Source: Hemiscyllium ocellatum
Taxonomy: Eukaryota
Direction: 5' to 3'
DNA length: 57,852 bases
NCBI RefSeq assembly: GCF_020745735.1
Contig: NW_026868308.1
Location: 1 to 57,852, forward strand
Positions 48,901-57,852 of the stretch are shown one piece after another; the first letter of the stretch is position 1, and every line of letters begins with the position of its first letter. The notes under the pieces are model-generated. The model had not been told where the DNA came from and searched no databases. It was given only the letters and a program-made list of their open reading frames with translations. The position numbers and the translations under genes are program-made.

Positions 48901-49549
48901 GGGGGGGGAGAGAGACAGAGAGGGCGAGAGAGTGAAATCCCGGCATGAGGATTGGTGGGACTGTGTGGCAGCAGTTGGGCACACTGGAACAGCGTGCAGC
49001 CAATTGAGACATTCCGACTGATGGCAGCTCCAACACCCTCCCTGAGGGCCGGGAGGGCACTGGATCCACCGCTCACTCTCACTCTCTTGCTTGCCCTTTC
49101 TCAGGCTCACGCGCGCTCTCTCTCTCTCTCTCTCCCCCCAACAGTGTTGTTGGAACGCCGAGAGCTGGAACCTCGAGAAGGCGATGAGTGACAGCCCGTC
49201 ACGGCCTGAGTCAAGCGCTCGCCTTTCCGGAGCTGAAAATGTGTTGCTGGAAAAGCGCAGCAGGTCAGGCAGCGTCCAAGGAGCAGGAGAGTCGACGTTT
49301 CGGACACGAGCCCTTCTTCAGGAATCACGCCCCCGAAACGTCGACTCTCCTGCTCCTTGGACGCTGCCTGACCTGCTGCGCTTTTCCAGCAACACATTTT
49401 CAGCTCCGATTCTCCAGCATCTGCGGTCCTCGCTCTCTCCGCTCACCTTTCAGGGACTCGGTCTGACTGGAGCAGCAGGACGGTCAACAGGTACAGGGTC
49501 ACCTCCTGAGCCATCGACAGGACCACGTCTTCAACAGCCAACTGCAGCC

Positions 49550-49584
<35 letters not shown>

Positions 49585-50715
49585 ATCAGGGAGAGGGGAA
49601 ACGGACACACCTTGTGAAGAATCAGTGTTTGAAATGTCACTGCTGCAGACCGGCCTCCTGGAGGACGAACCGATGGGAAAGGGACTGGCACAATCTTCAG
49701 CCCCCTCCTTACGACAATGTGAGACTCGCAGCACACAGAGCACTACAGCGCAGCACAGGCCCTTCGGCCCTCGATGTTGGGCCAACCTGTGGAAGCGAGC
49801 TAAAGCCCGTTGATGGAACCGACACCATTCCATTCCCGTCCACACGTTTATCCAATGACCATTTAATTGCCTTTCAAGGTGGCGAGTCCACGGCCGGCGA
49901 GGAGACAGCGTCCCACCTCCCCATCCCTGGGTCCCGAGACGGCCGCGGATTCTCACTGACCTGGCAATGGAGGAGCTGCAGTAAACTATCCAGAGCTTCA
50001 TCCACCAACAGCTGACAGCTACGTTCACACAGCTGACAGCAGGAGTACACAACCTGTACGGGACAGACAACACAGCCTGAATCACACACACACACACACA
50101 CACAGCCTGAGGGGTACAGGGGTCTCGGAGTTCCACCCCGATCCCTCTCTCTCCCACACTCCCCCTCTCCCCCCCCCCCCCCTCACACAGCTGACAGCAG
50201 GAGTACAGAACCTGTACGGGACAGACAACACGGCCTGAATCACACACACACACACAGTCTGAGGGGTACAGGGGTCTCGGAGTTCCACCCCGATCCCTCT
50301 CTCTCACACACTCCCCCTCCCCACCCCCCCACCCCCTCACACAGCTGACAGCAGGAGTACACAACTTGTACGGGACAGACAACACGGCCTGAATCACACA
50401 CACACACACAGTCTGAGGGGTACAGGGGACAGCGGCATATCTCTCAGGGAGATATCTGTACACTGACTGGTGTCTCTCAGTCCCCTCTCTCTCTCAGGGA
50501 GATATCTGTACACTGACTGGTGTCTCTCAGTCCCCTCTCTCTCTCAGGGAGATATCTGTACACTGACTGGTGTCTCTCAGTCCCCTCTCTCTCTCAGGGA
50601 GATATCTGTACACTGACTGGTGTCTCTCAGTCCCCTCTCTCTCTCAGGGTGATATCTGTACACTGACTGGTGTCTCTCAGTCCCCCCTCTCTCTCAGGGA
50701 GAGTTCCACCCTCAT

Positions 50716-50750
<35 letters not shown>

Positions 50751-53700
50751 CCTCGTTCTCTCTCTCTCACATACTCCCCTCTTTCTCTCTCTCTTTCTCT
50801 CACACACACACACCTCCCACCTATTTCTCTCTCTCTCTCAGGGAGATATCTGTACACTGACTGGTGTCTCTCAGTCCCCCCTCTCTCTCAGGGAGATATC
50901 TGTACACTGACTGGTGTCTCTCAGTCCCCCCTCTCTCTCAGGGAGATATCTGTACACTGACTGGTGTCTCTCAGTCCCCTCTCTCTCAGGGAGATACCTG
51001 TACACTGACTGGTGTCTCTCAGTCCCCCCTCTCTCAGGGAGATACCTGTACACTGACTGGTGTCTCTCAGTCCCCCCTCTCTCTCAGGGAGATACCTGTA
51101 CACTGACTGATGTCTCTCAGTCCCCCCTCTCTCTCAGGGAGATATCTGTACACTGACTGGTGTCTCTCAGTCCCCCCTCTCTCTCAGGGAGATATCTGTA
51201 CACTGACTGGTGTTTCTCAGTCCCCTCTCTCTCTCAGGGAGATATCTGTACACTGACTGGTGTCTCTCAGTCCCCTCTCTCTCTCAGGGAGATATCTGGA
51301 CACTGACTGGTGTTTCTCAGTCCCCTCTCTCTCTCAGGGAGATATCTGTACACTGACTGGTGTCTCTCAGTCCCCTCTCTCTCAGGGAGATATCTGTACA
51401 CTGACTGGTGTCTCTCAGTCCCCTCTCTCTCAGGGAGATATCTGTACACTGACTGGTGTCTCTCAGTCCTCTCTCTCTCTCAGGGAGATATCTGTACACT
51501 GACTGGTGTCTCTCAGTCCTCTCTCTCTCTCAGGGAGATATCTGTACACTGACTGGTGTCTCTCAGTCCTCCCTCTCTCTCTCACGGAGATATCTGTACA
51601 CTGACTGGTGTCTCCCAGTCTCCCCTCTCTCAGGGTGATACCTGAGTGACAGTCTGTCCCTCCCTCTGAGTTTACCTTCAGTGTGTTGAGAGACAGCGGT
51701 GGTTGCTGGATTCCCTTGATGAAGTTGGCCCTCCTTGGTGAACTCTGTGCTGACAACAGCCTGTCGTTGAGGTACTGAGTTATCTGGAACAGAACAACAG
51801 GGGCAGCTTTCATACTGCCCAGCCTGCAAACACACTGTTAGGCTGGAGCAGCGGGTCGGGATGGTGCAGCCAGGGAGAGCCCCACACCGAATCCCCCTTC
51901 GCCATGGGAGACACAGAGTTCCTCATCTCCACGTGGAACAGGAGGCCCTGCCCTGTGTGAAACCCTTCCATCTCCATGGTGCGGGAGTAACAGCCTCTCG
52001 GCATCCATCCTGTCCAGCTCCCCTCCTTCCTCCCTCAGTAACATCACCTCCTTCCTTCAGACACACCACCCCTCTCTCTCTCTCAGACAGAACCCACACC
52101 AACCCTCCGACACAGGCCCTTCCCACTCTCCCTCTCCCTCCCTCGAACACTGCAGCCATCCCCTCCCTCAAACTCTCCCTCCGACAGAGACCTACCCCAC
52201 TCTATCTCTCCCTCCCTCTCGCCCTGACAGAGCTGCCCTCCCACCCCTTCCCTGACAGTCCCCTCCCCTGCAAGTTTCTGACAGATCCCTGGCACCCCCT
52301 CGCCGTTACCTGCTGTTTGGCATCGCGGCAGCTGATTGCTCCCGGTGTGGTGGTGCAGACAGCGGCTAGGGCAGCTGTGTAGGTGGCTGTTAGCTGCTCC
52401 CACTGCTCTCTCCGAGGCCCTGGGGATGTGGGCACGGGGTGGAAAACACATACAGACACACTGGTCATTTCAAGGGGGACGGTACACCAAACTACCCAAA
52501 GCTCAGCACACCAGCTACACTCCCGGTCTGGGTCAGATCGCACTCGGAGCCCCGTGTACACCTCCCGGTCTGGGTCAGACCGCACTCGGAGCCCCGTGTA
52601 CACCTCCCGGTCTGGGTCAGACCGCACTCGGAGCCCCGTGTACACCTCCCGGTCTGGGTCAGACCGCACTCGGAGCCCCGTGTACACCTCCCGGTCTGGG
52701 TCAGACCGCACTCGGAGCCCCGTGTACACCTCCCGGTCTGGGTCAGACCGCACTCGGAGCCCCGTGTACGCTCCTGGTCTGGGACAGTGGAGACTGAGAG
52801 CAGCGGTGGGGATGGAAGGGCATGTGGAGAGGGTGGGGGACTGAGGGAGACGGGGTGGGTAGGGGACGGAGGGAGACGGGGAGAGGGTGGGGACGGAGTG
52901 AGACGGGGAGAGGTGGGGCACGGAGGGAGACGGGGAGAGGGTGGGGCACGGAGGGAGACGGGGAGAGGGTGGGGACGGAGTGAGACGGGGAGAGGGTGGG
53001 GACGGAGTGAGACGGGGAGAGGGTGGGGCACGGAGTGAGACGGGGAGAGGGTGGGGACGGAGGGAGACGGGGAGAGGGTGGGGACGGAGGGAGACGGGGA
53101 GAGGGTGGGGCACGGAGGGAGACGGGGAGAGGGTGGGGACGGAGTGAGACGGGGAGAGGGTGGGGCACGGAGAGAGACGGGGAGAGGGTGGGGACGGAGG
53201 GAGACGGGGAGAGGGTGGGGCACGGAGGGAGACGGGGAGAGGGTGGGGACGGAGTGAGACGGGGAGAGGGTGGGGACGGAGTGAGACGGGGAGAGGGTGG
53301 GGCACGGAGGGAGACGGGGAGAGGGTGGGGACGGAGGGAGACGGGGAGAGGGTGGGGACGGAGGGAGACGGGGAGAGGGTGGGGCACGGAGGGAGACGGG
53401 GAGAGGGTGGGGCACGGAGGGAGACGGGGAGAGGGTGGGGCACGGAGGGAGACGGGGAGAGGGTGGGGACGGAGGGAGACGGGGAGAGGGTGGGGCACGG
53501 AGGGAGACGGGGAGAGGGTGGGGCACGGAGAGAGACGGGGAGAGGGTGGGGACGGAGGGAGACGGGGAGAGGGTGGGGCACGGAGGGAGACGGGGAGAGG
53601 GTGGGGACGGAGTGAGACGGGGAGAGGGTGGGGACGGAGTGAGACGGGGAGAGGGTGGGGACGGAGGGAGACGGGGAGAGACAGCGGAGACTGAGGGACA

Positions 53701-56700
53701 TGGGGAGAGACGGTGGGGATTGAGGGATGAGGTTGAAGATGGCGAGGATTGAGGAATTGAGGTGGGGTTGGGTGGATAGAGGGATAGAGGGAGATGATTG
53801 TAGGTGGATGAATATTCTGTGAATCCTGACCTTCCAGAGCCCGCAAGGCTGCAGGGTCCGTGAATGTCCCTTCCACAAGAGTGTCCAGAATTCTCGGGTG
53901 GCTGCTGAACAGCTGACTGTAGAAAGTACAGCAAACAGACGAAGGGCTTCGATCCATGGTCCCACAGATAAAGATAAGGCACTACAACACAGCACAGACC
54001 AGGCAGAGACATCAGCAGCAGCACCACAGCTTCCCAAACATACACACGGCACAGTGAAACACAGAGGGAATCAGGGTATCGAACACACCCCGGTCCCAGA
54101 GAGAGAGAGGGGGGGAAGGACAGTGTATCGAACACACCCCGGTCCCAGAGAGAGAGAGGGGAAAGGACAGTGTATCTAACACACCCTGGTCCCAGAGAGA
54201 GGAGGGGGGGGGGAAAAGGACAGTGTATCTAACACACCCCGGTCCCAGAGAGAGAGAGAGGGGAAGGACAGTGTATCGAACACACCCCGGTCCCAGAGAG
54301 AGAGAGGGGAAAGGACAGTGTATCTAACACACCCCGGTCCCAGAGAGAGAGAGGGAGAAAGGACAGTGTATCTAACACACCCCGGTCCCAGAGAGAGAGA
54401 GGGGGAAGGACAGTGTATCGAACACACCCCGGTCCCAGAGAGAGAGGGGGGAAAGGACAGTGTATCTAACACACCCCGGTCCCAGAGAGAGAGAGGGGGA
54501 AAGGACAGTGTATCTAACACACCCCGGTCCCAGAGAGAGAGAGAGGGGAAAGGACAGTGTATCTAACACACCCCGGTCCCAGAGAGAGAGAGGGGGGAAA
54601 GGACAGTGTATCTAACACACCCCGGTCCCAGAGAGGGGGGGGGGGGGGGGGAAAGGACAGTGTATCTAACACACCCCGGTCCCAGAGAGGGAGAGGGGGT
54701 GAAAGGACAGTGTATCTAACACACCCCGGTCCCAGAGAGAGAGAGGGGGAAGGACAGTGTATCGAACACACCCCGGTCCCAGAGAGAGAGGGGGGAAAGG
54801 ACAGTGTATCTAACACACCCCGCTCCCAGAGAGAGAGAGGGGGAAAGGACAGTGTATCTAACACACCCCGGTCCCAGAGAGAGAGAGAGGGGAAAGGACA
54901 GTGTATCTAACACACCCCGGTCCCAGAGAGAGAGAGGGGGGAAAGGACAGTGTATCTAACACACCCCGGTCCCAGAGAGGGGGGGGGGGGGGGGGGAAAG
55001 GACAGTGTATCTAACACACCCCGGTCCCAGAGAGGGAGAGGGGGTGAAAGGACAGTGTATCTAACACACCCGGTCCCAGAGAGGGAGAGGGGGTGAAAGG
55101 ACAGTGTATCTAACACACCCCGGTCCCAGAGAGAGAGAGAGGGGAAAGGACAGTGTATCTAACACACCCCGGTCCCAGAGAGAGAGAGGGGGGAAAGGAC
55201 AGTGTATCTAACACACCCCGGTCCCAGAGAGAGAGAGGGGGGAAAGGACAGTGTATCTAACACACCCCGGTCCCAGAGAGAGAGGGGGGAAAGGACAGTG
55301 TATCTAACACACCCCGGTCCCAGAGAGAGACAGAGGGGAAAGGACAGTGTATCTAACACACCCGGTCCCAGAGAGAGAGGGGGAAAGGACAGTGTATCTA
55401 ACACACCCCGGTCCCAGAGAGAGAGAGGGGGGAAAGGACAGTGTATCTAACACACCCCGGTCCCAGAAAGAGAGAGAGGGGAAAGGACAGTGTATCTAAC
55501 ACACCCCGGTCCCAGAGAGAGAGAGGGGGAAAGGACAGTGTATCTAACACACCCCGGTCCCAGAGAGAGAGAGGGGGGAAAGGACAGGGTATCTAACACA
55601 CCCCGGTCCCAGAGAGAGAGAGAGGGGGGAAAGGACAGTGTATCTAACATACCCCGGTCCCAGAGAGAGACAGAGGGGAAAGGACAGTGTATCTAACACA
55701 CCCCGGTCCCAGAGAGAGAGAGAGAGGGGGTGAAAGGACAGTGTATCTAACACACCCCGGTCCCAGAGAGAGAGAGAGGGGAAAGGACAGTGTATCTAAC
55801 ACACCCCGGTCCCAGAGAGAGAGAGGGGGGAAAGGACAGTGTATCTAACACACCCCGGTCCCAGAGAGAGAGAGGGGGGAAAGGACAGTGTATCTAACAC
55901 ACCCCGGTCCCAGAGAGAGAGAGGGGGGAAAGGACAGTGTATCTAACACACCCCGGTCCCAGAGAGAGAGAGAGGGGGAAAGGACAGTGTATCTAACACA
56001 CCCCGGTCCCAGAGAGAGAGAGAGAGGGGGGAAAGGACAGTGTATCTAACACACCCCGGTCCCAGAGAGGGGGGGGGGGGGGGCGCGGGAAGGACAGTGT
56101 ATCTAACACACCCCGGTCCCAGAGAGAGAGAGGGGGGAAAGGACAGTGTATCTAACACACCCCGGTCCCAGAGAGAGAGAGGGGGGAAAGGACAGTGTAT
56201 CTAACACACCCCGGTCCCAGAGAGAGAGGGGGAAAGGACAGTGTATCTAACACCCCCCGGTCCCAGAGAGAGAGAGAGGGGGGAAAGGACAGTGTATCTA
56301 ACACACCCCGGTCCCTGAGAGAGAGAGGGTGGGGAAAGGACAGTGTATCTCACACACCCCGGTCCCAGAGAGAGAGAGAGGGGGGAAAGGACAGTGTATC
56401 TAACACACCCCGGTCCCAGAGAGAGAGAGGGGTAAAGGACAGTGTATCTAACACACCCCGGTCCCAGAGAGAGAGAGGGGGGAAAGAACAGTGTATCTAA
56501 CACACCCCGGTCCCAGAGAGAGAGAGAGGGGGAAAGGACAGTGTATCTAACACACCCCGGTCCCAGAGAGAGAGGGGGGAAAGGACAGTGTATCTAACAC
56601 ACCCCGGTCCCAGAGAGAGAGGGGGAAAGGACAGTGTATCTAACACACCCCGGTCCAAGAGAGAGAGAGAGAGGGGAAAGGACAGTGTATCTAACACACA

Positions 56701-57752
56701 CCGGTCCCAGAGAGAGAGAGAGGGGAAAGGACAGTGTATCTAACACACCCCGGTCCAGAGAGAGAGAGAGGGGGGAAAGGACAGTGTATCTAACACACCC
56801 CGGTCCCAGAGAGGTGGGGGGAAAGGACAGTGTATCTAACACACCCCGGTCCCAGAGAGAGAGAGAGGGGAAAGGACAGTGTATCTAACACACCCCGGTC
56901 CCAGAGAGAGAGAGAGGGGAAAGGACAGTGTATCTAACACACCCCGGTCCCAGAGAGAGAGAGAGGGGGAAAGGACAGTGTATCTAACACACCCCCGGTC
57001 CCAGAGAGAGAGAGAAGGGGGAAAGGACAGTGTATCTAACACACCCCGGTCCCAGAGAGGGGGGGCGGGGGGGGAGGGGAAAGGACAGTGTATCTAACAC
57101 ACCCCGGTCCCAGAGAGGGAGAGGGGGTGAAAGGACAGTGTATCTAACATACCCCGGTCCCAGAGAGAGAGAGAGGGGAAAGGACAGTGTATCTAACACA
57201 CCCCGGTCCCAGAGAGAGAGAGAGGGGAAAGGACAGTGTATCTAACACACCCCGGTCCCAGAGAGAGAGAGAGAGGGAAAGGACAGTGTATCTAACACAC
57301 CCCGGTCCCAGAGAGAGAGAGAGAGGGGGGAAAGGACAGTGTATCTAACTGGCAGTGACATTACCCAGTACTCTGCCTTACCATCACGCTTTGCTCCCTG
57401 AGGGTGATCTCACGCTCTGCGGCCGGGGACAGGAGGGTTTCCAGTAGTTGGACAAACTGCTGAGCCGACTGTTCAAACACCTGGAGGCTGGAAGGTAAAG
57501 GGACAAGAAACAATAATCAGCCGGTCCTTTGGGGTCCAAAGTCTGGCTCTCCCACCCGTCCAGCACGGTGTCGGAGAGCGGGACAGTTCGGGGATGATGG
57601 AATGACACTGGCGGGATCACGGTGGGGAGAATGTGAGCTGGAACAGCCTCTTACCCACAGCTGGTTCCCGAGGATTCTGTATCAAAGTCACTGGAGAAAT
57701 ACACAGCGAGGACGGCCAGCAGGTCCAAAAGGATCCTCCCACACCACGGCTG
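32306..57752 (-). CDS. STK36: Serine/threonine kinase 36 (Fused homolog), C-terminal non-kinase/ARM-HEAT region of about 817 aa; kinase-domain exons lie beyond the window. Exons in transcript order: 57752-57655, 57487-57382, 53981-53831, 52419-52310, 51783-51676, 50053-49961, 49541-49447, 48858-48795, 47207-47097, 46086-46012, 44360-44189, 42900-42753, 40025-39836, 34013-33234, 32458-32306
   Basis: Fifteen exons with AG/GT boundaries, consistent phases and 2454 nt in total. Peptides [52 protein letters not shown] and [13 protein letters not shown]|[13 protein letters not shown]...[10 protein letters not shown] match human STK36 as I recall it. Confidence 0.92.
32549..33200. repeat. Compound repeat ((ca)n-ctcctgtacctggggaggtctctctaaccc-(tc)n)
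   Basis: About 11 units; an inverted copy lies at 45667-45988. Confidence 0.93.
35112..39781. repeat. Compound satellite ((gt)n-ggggtctgagaggctgtgtgggaatgggagagggggag) with several N-gaps
   Basis: About 4.7 kb, seen directly. Confidence 0.96.
40121..42752 (-). repeat. 132-bp satellite derived from the 3' end of STK36 exon 42900-42753; about 10 units at 40121-41441 and 1 at 42611-42752, split by a CR1 insertion
   Basis: Period 132 (gatc at 40121, 40253, 40385). The unit translates to [23 protein letters not shown], as in the real exon. Confidence 0.93.
41442..42610 (+). mobile_element. 5'-truncated, internally deleted CR1-type LINE (RT fragment and 3' tail)
   Basis: Reads [65 protein letters not shown] and [14 protein letters not shown], with frameshifts, and ends in the tail gggccgaatggc...ttatgtcttatg. 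Flanked by tgggat (41436-41441 and 42611-42616). Confidence 0.92.
43370..44155. repeat. Purine-rich ~20-bp repeat (gggacaggcagagggaggt)
   Basis: Seen directly in the sequence. Confidence 0.9.
45667..45988. repeat. Inverted copy of the 32549-33200 compound repeat (gapped)
   Basis: gggttagagagacctccccagatacaggag(tg)n. Confidence 0.85.
46175..47080 (-). repeat. Minisatellite family A (reverse orientation)
   Basis: About 14 units. Confidence 0.95.
47336..47745. repeat. (GA)n-rich repeat (gagatagaggaggga)
   Basis: Seen directly in the sequence. Confidence 0.9.
48011..48680 (-). repeat. 33-bp minisatellite, family C
   Basis: About 20 units. Confidence 0.95.
49228..49440. mobile_element. Short palindromic non-autonomous element (76-bp perfect inverted repeat) with a hammerhead-like core, in an STK36 intron
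   Basis: 49228-49303 is the exact reverse complement of 49333-49408, with a 29-nt loop. The minus strand reads CTGAAGA-a-gggc-tcgt-gtcc-GAAAC-GTC. Confidence 0.7.
49725..49935 (-). mobile_element. Degraded CR1-like 3' tail
   Basis: The + strand cacaggcccttcggccc is the reverse complement of the gggccgaagggcctgtg tail motif seen in the other CR1 copies. Confidence 0.5.
50025..50430 (-). repeat. About 155-bp triplication of an STK36 acceptor plus exon start
   Basis: cacacagctgacagcaggagtac..aac(c/t)tgtacgggacagacaacac occurs at about 50026, 50184 and 50338. Confidence 0.85.
50440..51640. repeat. About 50-bp minisatellite (cagggagatatctgtacactgactggtgtctctcagtcccc(tc)n)
   Basis: About 20 units with a CA/TC interruption at 50700-50830. 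Confidence 0.95.
52517..52782. repeat. 42-bp minisatellite (cccggtctgggtcagaccgcactcggagccccgtgtacacct)
   Basis: About 6 units. Confidence 0.95.
52828..53680. repeat. 27-28-bp G-rich minisatellite (ggggacggagggagacggggagagggt)
   Basis: About 30 units. Confidence 0.95.
54076..57349 (+). repeat. Minisatellite family B, about 3.3 kb
   Basis: Same unit as 5833-6752. Confidence 0.97.
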
Positions 57753-57852
57753 CTGTAGGGACACACAGACAGACGGGAATCACTCAGCAGGGACACTGTC
57801 CAAACCCAGAGGGGGGGGGGGGAGAGAGGCGGAGGGGGGCAGAGAGAGAGAG

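Overview
Eukaryotic (vertebrate) genomic DNA, GC-rich and gene-dense. The repeat content (CR1-type LINE tails, an HE1-like SINE remnant, Penelope-like elements) suggests a cartilaginous fish such as a shark; this is an inference. Four spliced protein-coding genes can be rebuilt with GT-AG boundaries and consistent phases: the 3' part of RUSF1/C16orf58 (+, 36-8020), complete PUS3 (+, 12515-22285), complete RPUSD4 (+, 23950-31430) and the 3' part of STK36/Fused (-, 57752-32306), which converges tail-to-tail on RPUSD4. Most introns are filled by a tandem minisatellite, and these explain nearly all long ORFs in the supplied track. The most unusual observations are: (1) the PUS3 N-terminus is a frame-preserving Cys-Pro-His repeat that is the inverted copy of a 2.5-kb array on the other side of its own promoter; (2) an STK36 exon end has been amplified into a 132-bp satellite whose 11 copies all carry a dead splice donor; (3) two fold-back elements carry hammerhead-ribozyme cores in the sense orientation of their host introns; (4) a GC-box array appears to be amplified from the RPUSD4 promoter. 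Gene identities rest on my recollection of human orthologue sequences; no searches were run. N-gaps make repeat copy numbers approximate.
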